From the IMG/VR virus record IMGVR_UViG_3300031088_000819: a DNA stretch of 64,000 nt, one strand, 5' to 3'. Positions 36,316 to 45,018 of this stretch are shown in pieces. This DNA comes from a virus. Taxonomy: Duplodnaviria; Heunggongvirae; Uroviricota; Caudoviricetes. A model generated the notes under the pieces. That model saw only the letters and a list, made by a program, of their open reading frames with translations, ran no database searches and had not been told where the DNA came from. Made by a program: the position numbers and the translations under genes. Numbering within the stretch: position 1 is the first letter of the stretch; every line of letters starts with the position of its first letter.

Positions 36316-36770
36316 CTACAGCTACTCGAGATGTCAGGGAAGAACTCGCCCGGGCAATGGCTAAGCTCGGAGGCGTCTCCTATGCAAATCAATTGGACGA
36401 TGGAGCTGAAGAGCTGTTCCCCTACTACAGCCAAGCGGATGAGCTCATCGAAGAGGGCTTTGGGAAACCCACAGAAGTCACCGAGGACCTCGTCTGGGAA
36501 GCCCTAGAACCTCACCTAGAGACAGTCATAGATCTAGATCTCAATAGCTACAAGGATAACAGAGCTTTTCAGAAGCTCGTGGAAGATGTAACTTTGGTTC
36601 TTCGATCAGGTGGCGAGGAACAAAGCACTATTAGCTTAGATAGCGCAAGACGCAGAGAAATGATTGCCCGCATTCTCCACGATGCTAACACTGGTAGAAT
36701 CACTCCCGATCCAGATGATCCCACAAGATATGGCGCTATGGCGGATGCAATCATCGCTGCGGGGCTCTGA
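36312..36770 (+). CDS. hypothetical protein
   Basis: ATGA overlap with the upstream gene. Confidence 0.5.
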   Translation: MTTATRDVREELARAMAKLGGVSYANQLDDGAEELFPYYSQADELIEEGFGKPTEVTEDLVWEALEPHLETVIDLDLNSYKDNRAFQKLVEDVTLVLRSGGEEQSTISLDSARRREMIARILHDANTGRITPDPDDPTRYGAMADAIIAAGL

Positions 36771-36790
36771 AGCACAGGAGGCATACGTCT

Positions 36791-37216
36791 ATGGCTGAAC
36801 ACACCAAACATCTCACCATTTCCAACGCTTTAGCTGCTGATTGCCTCTATGGAGAATGCGAGCATCTCAACGAAGATGGTGAGCCCAGCGACTACTCTGC
36901 TTGCCCCTCTATCTCTATTGAGGTTTGCATTGATTGCATGGTAGAAAGAGGCCAAGGGAATGACCCTACCTATTGGGAAGAAGAGCTCATTTCTTGGCCC
37001 CATGAAGTTAGAGCAGTAGAGCCCGAGAAGGTGGCTATCCCAAAGTTGCTAAAAGCTCCACCAGAAAACATCCGCTGCGGCCACGGCTATGACCATCATT
37101 CTGGGCCACACTCCTGTGATAGCTGTGATAGGCAAGAGTGTGCCTATTGGGCATGGGTGAAAGACCACGAGAGAGCAGTAGCTCGGATAGTGAAAGATTT
37201 TTCAAGGGATAGCTAG
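36791..37216 (+). CDS. Cys/His-rich protein
   Basis: SD AGGAGG upstream. Multiple C/H clusters. Confidence 0.5.
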   Translation: MAEHTKHLTISNALAADCLYGECEHLNEDGEPSDYSACPSISIEVCIDCMVERGQGNDPTYWEEELISWPHEVRAVEPEKVAIPKLLKAPPENIRCGHGYDHHSGPHSCDSCDRQECAYWAWVKDHERAVARIVKDFSRDS

Positions 37217-37278
37217 TAGCTCTAAAATTAGCGCTCACCCTAGTTTACGTAGCGCTATTTGTGGTGTATCATTGACCC

Positions 37279-38016
37279 ATGAACGCCAAGCGGTATAGCC
37301 TCAAGGACATCTCAGAGGATCGGCACTACTGGGTTTCGCAAGTGCTCACGGATGATGATCTCAATGAGCCCACTGGGGTAAGCTGCGACAGCTGCGGTGT
37401 TCGACTCCTCCTCGGCGCTTGGCTCGGCTCCGGCGTATGGAAGGAAGGTGACAATGCTGGCTGCAACGGCTGCGGACAGACTGTTTACCACGATGCTCTT
37501 GCCTGGCAGACAGAGGTGCCCCAGGAGCTGCTTGGCATTGTGGCGGCTGACGATTTCTGGCGCCAGCGCTGGTACCACGCAACGACGAATAGCAGCTGGG
37601 CCACCGACGCTAGAGAGGCAACCGGCCCTCTCATCGGGGACTCGGGCCTTCTGATCCATGCGGGCTCTCGGCTGGCCGCCCTCAATCGAGCTGATGACAT
37701 CTACGGCGAACGGGGTGGCGCCGAAATCTATCTCTACAGCTTCCAGCTTCGAGGCATTTCCGCGGTAGCTCGCAACTTTATCCTCAAGGATGACAACAGC
37801 TGGCAAGAGTGGCTCTCTGGTTCCTACGACATGCCCATCGGCGCATCCAGCGGAAAGCACAAGGGCGGCGATAGGGCCCACCTCGAGGCAGATGGCCACA
37901 GGGCTGCAGCTTACTACAACTGCTATGAGATGCCCGGTGAGCTCTCGCTGATCCTCGACAGCAAGCTGGTTCAGCTCAACACTGTGACCCGAGAAAAGCT
38001 CACTCGCCCAATCTGA
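37279..38016 (+). CDS. hypothetical protein sharing the WYHAT / IH.GS / E.YLY domain with the C-terminus of 22038-22850
   Basis: TATCAT, N6, ATG. Begins MNAK. Contains CDSCG and CNGCG pairs. Confidence 0.5.
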   Translation: MNAKRYSLKDISEDRHYWVSQVLTDDDLNEPTGVSCDSCGVRLLLGAWLGSGVWKEGDNAGCNGCGQTVYHDALAWQTEVPQELLGIVAADDFWRQRWYHATTNSSWATDAREATGPLIGDSGLLIHAGSRLAALNRADDIYGERGGAEIYLYSFQLRGISAVARNFILKDDNSWQEWLSGSYDMPIGASSGKHKGGDRAHLEADGHRAAAYYNCYEMPGELSLILDSKLVQLNTVTREKLTRPI

Positions 38017-38030
38017 CGGAACAGGAGGAA

Positions 38031-38333
38031 ATGATGGTAACCCCCAATCTCGATCAAGTTGATTCTCCGGGCGCTTTGGCGATGATCCTATTTCTTTGCA
38101 TCTCCATAGCGGTTGGAATCGCCTTGAGCTTTCTGGGCTATTTCCTAGCTAAGAGACTTCTGAAAAATTGGAATGTCACTGAGGGCTCAAATGCCAATGT
38201 GCCACCAATTCCCATGGCGGCTGAGTTTGATCCAGAGGTTTCTCCAGATCAGAGAGTGGCTGAGCTTCGCTGGCTTGAGGCGCTCATGGAGTCGCCCTCT
38301 AGAGGTGAAGACGTAGAGGGCCCCCAGAGATAG
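38031..38333 (+). CDS. small membrane protein
   Basis: One TM helix. SD GGAGGAAATG. Confidence 0.45.
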   Translation: MMVTPNLDQVDSPGALAMILFLCISIAVGIALSFLGYFLAKRLLKNWNVTEGSNANVPPIPMAAEFDPEVSPDQRVAELRWLEALMESPSRGEDVEGPQR

Positions 38334-38378
38334 TAGCGCCCCGTTGCCTTTCAATGGACTATGGCATATGATAGCACT

Positions 38379-38759
38379 ATGAACACCGCGACAGCTACCC
38401 TCAAGCTGAGCCACACGGGCCCCGACGAGGGGCTCCACTTCTGGCTAGTCGTGGATGGGGTTCCCGTGAGCTATGCTAAAATCTATGAGCGCACCACCGC
38501 CCATGGCACAGAGCTCACGCTCTGCGACATCGAAACTCGCGAGGGCCACAGGAACAGAGGCCATGCTCGAAGGCTTCTGGAGCTGCTCGCAGAGGGCTAT
38601 GGCGTTGCTAAGGTTATCCACGGAGGAAGCTACACTCCAGATGGTTTCAGCTACATTTCGCAGCTCGTTGAGCGCAGGGGAGCGCCGGCCGTTGGACCCA
38701 GCTGTGGTCCCATGAACTTTGTCCACGACTGGGATTCGTTCCAGCCAAAATACGCTTGA
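38379..38759 (+). CDS. GNAT acetyltransferase-like protein
   Basis: TATGAT, N6, ATG. Begins MNTATATL. RNRGHARRLLELLAEGYG resembles GNAT motif A. Confidence 0.45.
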   Translation: MNTATATLKLSHTGPDEGLHFWLVVDGVPVSYAKIYERTTAHGTELTLCDIETREGHRNRGHARRLLELLAEGYGVAKVIHGGSYTPDGFSYISQLVERRGAPAVGPSCGPMNFVHDWDSFQPKYA

Positions 38760-38773
38760 GATCGGAAAACAAA

Positions 38774-39070
38774 ATGGCTCAGAGTGAGTTCACTATTTTG
38801 AGGAATGGGAAGCCCATTCTCATCATCGTTGGCATTTTTGGCCCCACTTGGATCGATGAGCGCTACGGATTCCAACAGGACATCAACAAGATCGGAGCAA
38901 ACATGGCGCTGCTCCAGGATGGGGTGGTCATCTCGCAGGATAGGGCACATATCCAAAAGCTGCTTTCCCACTGGAGGAAGATCCTCCGACGGCGGCTCAA
39001 AGCGCTGGGATCGGATGACCTATCCAGCATTGTGGACACGAGTCCCTTCGATGAAACTACCGATAGCTAA
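38774..39070 (+). CDS. hypothetical protein
   Basis: 98 aa. Confidence 0.4.
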   Translation: MAQSEFTILRNGKPILIIVGIFGPTWIDERYGFQQDINKIGANMALLQDGVVISQDRAHIQKLLSHWRKILRRRLKALGSDDLSSIVDTSPFDETTDS

Positions 39071-39079
39071 GGAATAGCA

Positions 39080-39394
39080 ATGGATGAGCCAACAGAAAAA
39101 TTCCTCATCGAAGTAGAGCTTCGTAGCCACCCCTCCAATGAAGCCAGCACTCTTGATCCCGAGGATTTTGTGGACTTTCTTCAGCGCTTTGTAGTTGACG
39201 CTGGTGCCTCTTACGGCCTCGACGCCTACAATAAAGATGCACCACAGCTCGTGGCGGGAATTAGGCTGCTGGAGAAGCCTAAAGATTCCTCTTCTGGCGC
39301 AGAGCCGGTAGATGCAGTAGAGGAACGCTGTGTGCCAAAGAAGGACGGGCTTGCAGCTAATGTGGAAACAATTCTTGCACGCTATCGAAAATGA
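39080..39394 (+). CDS. hypothetical protein
   Basis: SD AAGGAATAGCA upstream. Confidence 0.5.
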   Translation: MDEPTEKFLIEVELRSHPSNEASTLDPEDFVDFLQRFVVDAGASYGLDAYNKDAPQLVAGIRLLEKPKDSSSGAEPVDAVEERCVPKKDGLAANVETILARYRK

Positions 39395-39414
39395 TCGCTG
39401 ATCTAGAGAAGCGC

Positions 39415-39454
39415 GGTTGCCAGCTCTGAGCTTTCAGCGTATGATGGTGCTATG
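39415..39454 (+). promoter_or_regulatory. sigma70-like leaderless promoter
   Basis: TTGCCA, N17, TATGAT at 39440-39445, N6, ATG at 39452. Confidence 0.55.
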
Positions 39455-39985
39455 AATGCCACCACCCTAGAAGCGCAGGCCTATCTCGCAGCCTCCACCG
39501 GCAGCTACGAAAAGCGCTGCACTCGCTATCGGCTTGCTTCTCAGCAGCTTGGCCTTGGCCTCCACACTCCCCTAACGGATCTGGGCTCTGGCCGCAGGGA
39601 GCTCGAGCGCTACCTCAGGGAAGACCACGGCTGGCGAGGTCTCTACACTCCCGTCGATGCGGCCGAGGATGGCACTGATCTCAACTCTTGGCAGCCGAAG
39701 CGCCACAAGGGTCACCGCTACTATTCTGCCCTCGAGGTCCTCGAGCATCTTCCCAGCTGGCGGAATCTTCTGGAAAACCTCCGTGCAGCGGGTCCCCACA
39801 CCCTCGTGGCGACTGTGCCCGACCCCGAACAGGTGGACATCTTTGCTATGGATGACACCCACGTTAGCGCAATCACTGCGGCCGATCTCCGCAGTTTGAG
39901 CTTCGAGGTTGAGCGGGTGAGCCTCTACGGTGGCTACTACGGTGGCGATGGCACGGACGCCCTTCTGGCTGTCTACAGGGGCTAA
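39452..39985 (+). CDS. class I SAM-dependent methyltransferase-like protein
   Basis: LTDLGSGRRE resembles motif I. ALEVLEHLP resembles the Methyltransf_11 motif. Confidence 0.5.
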   Translation: MNATTLEAQAYLAASTGSYEKRCTRYRLASQQLGLGLHTPLTDLGSGRRELERYLREDHGWRGLYTPVDAAEDGTDLNSWQPKRHKGHRYYSALEVLEHLPSWRNLLENLRAAGPHTLVATVPDPEQVDIFAMDDTHVSAITAADLRSLSFEVERVSLYGGYYGGDGTDALLAVYRG

Positions 39986-40024
39986 CAGATTTCCAGCACA
40001 GAACTCTAGCTACAGGACTGAACT

Positions 40025-40363
40025 ATGAGCAGCGAAACCACTTGGGGCTTTTCTCGGCCAGCAGCACTCCCCGCTATTCCCCTCGGCGAACGCCAGCGTT
40101 TCTTCGAGGAAGCTCCGGCGGGAACCGTGATCCGCAGCTATCCCACGAATCAGCCACTGAATCCCGACTGGACCGAGTACTATCGGCGCCTCGAGGATGG
40201 CAATTGGCGCCACTTGGATGAGCTCACAACGGTGGGGCCCGCCTATCTGAGCTACGAGACCTGGGAGACCAGCAGTCCCGCGGTCTTCTGGAGCTACCCC
40301 GGCAGCTCTGAATACACTATTTTTGAAGTGGTGCAGCTGCCCGAAGGTGTTTTTGGTGGCTGA
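40025..40363 (+). CDS. hypothetical protein
   Basis: 112 aa. Confidence 0.45.
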   Translation: MSSETTWGFSRPAALPAIPLGERQRFFEEAPAGTVIRSYPTNQPLNPDWTEYYRRLEDGNWRHLDELTTVGPAYLSYETWETSSPAVFWSYPGSSEYTIFEVVQLPEGVFGG

Positions 40364-40384
40364 AAAGACATGCTTTTTCTGGTG

Positions 40385-40447
40385 TTGACAGAGGGGTTCT
40401 CTGTGTGTAGCATTGAACTACACCAACAAACACCACTTGGAGAACTC
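40385..40447 (+). promoter_or_regulatory. sigma70-like promoter with CA-rich leader
   Basis: TTGACA, N17, TAGCAT at 40408-40413, then GAACTACACCAACAAACACC leader and SD GGAGA. Confidence 0.55.
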
Positions 40448-41083
40448 ATGTCTTACCACTGGGAAAATGTGATCTGGCAGTCCAAGGATGGTAGCTGGAA
40501 CCGCGGCTACTACAAGAGGATCTCCATGGCTTCCACGGGTGGTTACTACGACGAAGAGTACGACTCCGAGTGGGATGACGACTTCGACTTCACCGGCTTC
40601 GACTACCTCCAAACCGGATTCCGTAGCGAAAATGACGCTGACCGCTACCAGCCCCACGGCAACCCCGGCGGCGCTACGGAGGTCTACCCCTACAAGGGCA
40701 ACTCCAAGGAGTGCAAGCGGCTCGATCAGCTCGCCTTCTTCCACAAGTTCCCCGCTGAGAAGGTGAAGTTCGAGCGCAAGGAGCTCCTCCGCAAGAACCG
40801 CGAGCACTTCAAGAAGCTGGCGGAAGAGTGGCACGCTGAGCGGGTGGGTGAGGCTTCACGGAACATGCGGAAGGTTCGAGTGACGCTCAAGTCCGACGAG
40901 CGGGCCTACGACTACTTCGGCGCTCAGCTTATCCTCGAGGGAAACTTCCGAAAGAACGGCGACTGGCTCGAAGTTGAGGGCCGCCGAATCTACAACATGG
41001 AGACCAACAAGTTCGAGAAGCATGTCCACAAGCTGGAGGAAGTTGTCTTCCGGGCGCCGAGCTACTACGGCCGCCGCTGGTGA
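40448..41083 (+). CDS. hypothetical protein
   Basis: 211 aa with an acidic, Tyr-rich N-terminus. Confidence 0.55.
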   Translation: MSYHWENVIWQSKDGSWNRGYYKRISMASTGGYYDEEYDSEWDDDFDFTGFDYLQTGFRSENDADRYQPHGNPGGATEVYPYKGNSKECKRLDQLAFFHKFPAEKVKFERKELLRKNREHFKKLAEEWHAERVGEASRNMRKVRVTLKSDERAYDYFGAQLILEGNFRKNGDWLEVEGRRIYNMETNKFEKHVHKLEEVVFRAPSYYGRRW

Positions 41084-41093
41084 GGAGAGTGGT

Positions 41094-41540
41094 ATGACGG
41101 CGAAGTTTGACGGGAAAGTCCAACCTGGCGAGTGGGTAGTGGCTATCCAAGGATCTCTACGACTTCGGGCTATGGTTCTCTCGGAGTTTCACGGAGGTCC
41201 CGGTCAGCTCTCAGCGATCTCTCTGGGCACCATCGAAGTTCAGATGGGGAACTTTCCCAGTGGCATCGAAGAACTCACCATCAATGCCAACAGCTGGGAT
41301 ATCTACCGAGATAGCGATGGGTCTGCTCCTGGGCTTTCCGAACTTGGATACTACGATGAGCTTCAGGTGGCGCTCTCTATTTTCAAGAGCTATGGCGGTT
41401 CCCAATGGCTATCGGCTGAGCACGATGAGATCCATGCTGGTCCCGATCCTAAGATCGTCTCCAAAGAGCACATTCGTAAGCTCGAAGCTCTAGGCTGGCA
41501 TCCTGATGAGAGCTACGGTTCGTTCTACTATTTTACCTGA
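41094..41540 (+). CDS. hypothetical protein
   Basis: SD GAGGAGAG upstream. Confidence 0.5.
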   Translation: MTAKFDGKVQPGEWVVAIQGSLRLRAMVLSEFHGGPGQLSAISLGTIEVQMGNFPSGIEELTINANSWDIYRDSDGSAPGLSELGYYDELQVALSIFKSYGGSQWLSAEHDEIHAGPDPKIVSKEHIRKLEALGWHPDESYGSFYYFT

Positions 41541-41575
41541 GCCTCCCTTTAAATACCCCATTGGAGTCCATAGCT

Positions 41576-41911
41576 ATGCCCACAAGCACTAAGAGTGACA
41601 AGTCTAATAAGACAGCTCATCTCTTCGGACTCAATGGCTTCCTGAGGCGCTATGTGAGGCTCCGTGGGGTTTCCTGGCGCCGCTACTCGAGGCGCTCAAA
41701 GCTCACCGAAGAGTACGGAGAGCTGCTAGAAGCCTTGAAGCACTATGATCGCAAGCCCTCCCGGAAGAACTATCTGCATCTCCAGGAGGAAATGGCAGAC
41801 GTCTTTTTCTGCCTTCTGGGACTATCCGAGCGCCGGGGCTTCGATCTCAATGATGCGGTGGAGCACAAGATCGCCAAGGACACGGGCCGCAACGGTGGCT
41901 CCGCCGAGTGA
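41576..41911 (+). CDS. MazG-like nucleotide pyrophosphohydrolase
   Basis: EEYGELLEA ... EEMADVFFCLLGLSERRGFDLNDAVEHKIAKDTGR matches the all-alpha MazG/NTP-PPase EExxE ... K..R pattern. Confidence 0.6.
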   Translation: MPTSTKSDKSNKTAHLFGLNGFLRRYVRLRGVSWRRYSRRSKLTEEYGELLEALKHYDRKPSRKNYLHLQEEMADVFFCLLGLSERRGFDLNDAVEHKIAKDTGRNGGSAE

Positions 41912-42016
41912 TCTACTGGAGCTAAGAGTTAACTTCTTTGTCATCTGGGGGAATCGCAGCTTCGTAGCCCTAGCGATAGATTGGCTGAAACAGCCCACTG
42001 AGCTAGGGAGCCACCA

Positions 42017-43180
42017 ATGAACAGTCGACCACTTCGAGTCCTTTCCCTCTATGACGGCTTTTTCGTGGGCGGCTCTCGCATTGTCCACACGGCCACAGTG
42101 GCGGGACTCCACCGAAGCCCGGAGTTCAACCAGGAGCACAGGGTGATTTCCCTCACCAACAAGGTCCAGAGGGAATACACGGTTCAGCATGCCGTGGACA
42201 CTCCCTCCTGGAGCGAGCTCCAACGGGCCGGAGTCTCCATTCAAGCGCTAGACAGGATGCCCACGAGCCCCTGGAGCGCTACGGATTTCAACCAGCTACG
42301 AGAAGCCATCGAATGGGCAGATGTGGTTTTTAGCCTCAAGGAGCAGCCCCTCGTGGGCCTCAAGGCCCTGGGAGAGCCCCTCGAAAAGCCCCTCGTGGTT
42401 AGCCTCCACCGCTCCGACCCCGAAAACCAAGGCCAGGGCACCGCCGACCTCCTGGACTTCCACAGCTCTGGAGAGCTCACCCGGCTGGTTTCCTGCGCAG
42501 AGTCCGCTCGGGATTCTTACGTGGATATCGGATTGCCGAGGGAGCTCATCGAGGTGATCCACAACGGCGTCGATCTGGATAAGTTCCGGCCCTCCAATGA
42601 TGGCTGGTCATCCCTGAGGGAGGCACTGGGCATACAGAGCCAGAGTCCCGTAGTCGCCATCGTTGCCCGCTTCGACGAGATGAAGAACATTCCCCTCTTC
42701 ATGGAGTCTGCTGGCAAGTTCCTGCAGCTCCATCCGGACAGCCATTTCCTGGCGGTTGGTGCTGGCATGAGCAAAGAGAACGCCGCCTTTGGTGATCTCA
42801 TGGAGCGCTTCATCCCACTGGAGCACTGGCCACAGATCCACGGATTGGGCATATACCCCGATGTGCCATCTGTCTACAGAGCTGCGGACATCGTGGCGCT
42901 GACAAGCGCCTTCGGAGAGGCTGCACCCCTGTGCCTCTTGGAGGCCATGGCCTGCGGCGCCGTTCCTGCCACCACGCCCGTGGGTGATTCCGCGCTGCTG
43001 GTGCGAAAGCCACAGTTCACCACAAACTGGGACTCTTCGGAGATAGCCCAGCGGTGGGGGGAGCTCTTCGACGCCAAGGAAGTCCATCGGGCCACCATCG
43101 CCGAGTTCAGAGAGGAGCTCGGTGAGGTGCCGATGATAAGAGCTTTCGGAAGGGTTCTCGAAGGGGCAGCAAGAGCCTAG
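42017..43180 (+). CDS. family 1 (GT4) glycosyltransferase
   Basis: C-terminal GT1 E-x7-E signature (FGEAAPLCLLEAMACG). Preceded by ARFDEMKN. Confidence 0.8.
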   Translation: MNSRPLRVLSLYDGFFVGGSRIVHTATVAGLHRSPEFNQEHRVISLTNKVQREYTVQHAVDTPSWSELQRAGVSIQALDRMPTSPWSATDFNQLREAIEWADVVFSLKEQPLVGLKALGEPLEKPLVVSLHRSDPENQGQGTADLLDFHSSGELTRLVSCAESARDSYVDIGLPRELIEVIHNGVDLDKFRPSNDGWSSLREALGIQSQSPVVAIVARFDEMKNIPLFMESAGKFLQLHPDSHFLAVGAGMSKENAAFGDLMERFIPLEHWPQIHGLGIYPDVPSVYRAADIVALTSAFGEAAPLCLLEAMACGAVPATTPVGDSALLVRKPQFTTNWDSSEIAQRWGELFDAKEVHRATIAEFREELGEVPMIRAFGRVLEGAARA

Positions 43181-43189
43181 CCTAGCGCG

Positions 43190-43232
43190 GGGCCGATGGG
43201 TGTTGGACGCTCATCGGCCCTTTTCGCATTTT
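43190..43232 (+). terminator. intrinsic terminator
   Basis: GGCCGATG ... CATCGGCC stem followed by CTTTTCGCATTTT. Confidence 0.6.
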
Positions 43233-43288
43233 GGTGCGCTTTTCTGGCGATTTTTGGTGGATGTTGTTAAAACGGTCCTGCACATACC

Positions 43289-43322
43289 TTGACAGGGTGA
43301 AAAACACGAAGGATCTACTATG
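43289..43322 (+). promoter_or_regulatory. sigma70-like promoter
   Basis: Consensus TTGACA at 43289-43294, N17, GATCTA, then the ATG at 43320. Confidence 0.45.
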
Positions 43323-44411
43323 ACAGCTCAGGCTACCATTCGCTACGCCGATTCGAAGGATTCATCTTTCGTGGCGATTGCATTCCAGGAGAAAGCGGAA
43401 AGAGAAGCGCTGATCCACCTTCAAAAAGTTGACCTAGAAGAGCTCACTGATAGTCGCATCGAAGAACTTTTCAAAAAGTCTAGGATTTCGACGAGTCGTA
43501 GGCTCATTGCCAATGGCTCAGTGCGAGATATTTTTGGCGCTATTAATAGCCTTCATCAGGGAAAAGTTCCCGGCAACAAGTTCGGTAAGAAAAAACTCTC
43601 CTTTAAGCTCCATAGGGCACTGGAGGATCAGTCGTTTTCTGAGCTATCTTCCGATGCACAGCGCATTTTACGGAATTGGCACAGTAGTACAGGTTCTCTT
43701 GTGCCTCAGCATTGCAGCATCGAGCCGACACCCATTTCCTCAATCATCGAGCAGGAAAGCCAAATCATTGAAGATTCCGGCACAGACCTGTCCCGGCTCA
43801 CGGCTGAGGATCTAAATGCCAACCTCACCAGCAAGAGATCCATAGAGGTGGGTTGCGGAGAGTGCGGCGAGTTTCAAAAAATGACTGTAGCTTCTTTCAG
43901 GAATGCCATTAGCTATGGCCTCAAAAATCGAACGCTACTCCGGTGCAGAGAGTGCGGTGTCTCCACGGGCAGACTCGAAGATGCGGTGGTGGGCTACTGC
44001 AAGGGTATCACCAAGGGAATGAATCTCAATGGTGGACAAATCGTTTTCAAGGCCCAATATACGATTCCTGGCTCGGAGCACATGCCCTTCGATGGCGCAT
44101 TCATCTTCCCCGACGGATTTGTTTTCCTCGTAGAAGTTGACGGTGGCTATCACTGGAAAAATAGAAACGCCCATGCCCTAGCAGCTAAAATCTCAGCGGA
44201 TCACAAGAAAACCTCGATGATTTTAGCCCGTGGCTGGTCCATGTTGAGAATCGATGAAAGAGCTTTTTCGGGGTTGACGGCCCAGATGGAGCGCGCCCTT
44301 GATTTGGCCGTTCAAAGAAAAGCGCCGCGCTACGAAGTTATCGGAGAAGAATGCCCCGGAGCAGCTCGGGTATCCTCGGCGCTCAAGGGCATCACTACTC
44401 AAAGCTTCTGA
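43320..44411 (+). CDS. zinc-ribbon plus Vsr/DUF559-like (PD-(D/E)xK) endonuclease-like protein
   Basis: CGECGEF...CRECGV pair. The C-terminal VEVDGGYHWKN ... RGWSMLRIDERAF resembles the DUF559/Vsr-type nuclease fold. Lower GC than the neighbours. Confidence 0.5.
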   Translation: MTAQATIRYADSKDSSFVAIAFQEKAEREALIHLQKVDLEELTDSRIEELFKKSRISTSRRLIANGSVRDIFGAINSLHQGKVPGNKFGKKKLSFKLHRALEDQSFSELSSDAQRILRNWHSSTGSLVPQHCSIEPTPISSIIEQESQIIEDSGTDLSRLTAEDLNANLTSKRSIEVGCGECGEFQKMTVASFRNAISYGLKNRTLLRCRECGVSTGRLEDAVVGYCKGITKGMNLNGGQIVFKAQYTIPGSEHMPFDGAFIFPDGFVFLVEVDGGYHWKNRNAHALAAKISADHKKTSMILARGWSMLRIDERAFSGLTAQMERALDLAVQRKAPRYEVIGEECPGAARVSSALKGITTQSF

Positions 44412-44447
44412 GTTGACTTTTAATAGCAGCTCATATAGCGTTCTTCC

Positions 44448-44861
44448 ATGGACACCATCACCCAGAGCTACCTCCTCGAAGAGTCGCCCTGCGACAGCAT
44501 CGACAAGGATACTTTCACCAACGGAGACTGCTGGAAGCTGGCGCGGCTGCTCCATGATCGCGGCGTAGGTGAGCTCGTCATAGTTGCCGACTTCGATGAC
44601 CCCATCGACAGCTGGTGCCACATGGCAGTAGAGCTCCCGGATGGCAACTATCTCGACGTTCTGGGGGTCTACACTCGCCAGCAGTTTGAGGACTACTGGT
44701 TCCGCCACTGCTGGGGAAGCAATCCCGTCGTCTACAAGCCCGAGCTCACCGCGAATCTCTGGAAACGGCTCACGGACGACCAGGAAAAGGACTACACCAG
44801 CCCCGAAGATGTTGAGGCAACTGCTGGCACCCTTGTGGACTGGTTCGAGGACATCCTCTGA
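44448..44861 (+). CDS. hypothetical protein
   Basis: TAGCGT, N6, ATG. 137 aa. Confidence 0.5.
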   Translation: MDTITQSYLLEESPCDSIDKDTFTNGDCWKLARLLHDRGVGELVIVADFDDPIDSWCHMAVELPDGNYLDVLGVYTRQQFEDYWFRHCWGSNPVVYKPELTANLWKRLTDDQEKDYTSPEDVEATAGTLVDWFEDIL

Positions 44862-45018
44862 AAGCTGCCCCTAGCAGCTGGCCAACTTCGCCAGGGGTGA
44901 GGCTTAGCTAAAGCTCATGGGTTTGCTTTCAGAGCTGCTAATAGTGTAACATAGTTCTAACCCACCCATTGGGCTATAAATGTAGTGCTCCATCCTGCTG
45001 GAGCGGAAAGGATCCAAT

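Noticed and set aside
37600-37760. PARP-like H-G-S ... E-Y-x-x-Y resemblance in LLIHAGSR ... EIYLYSF
   Set aside because: Only ~20 residues separate the motifs, whereas PARP/H-Y-E ADP-ribosyltransferases have >100 with the Tyr-Tyr element between. Kept only as an unassigned conserved motif pair.
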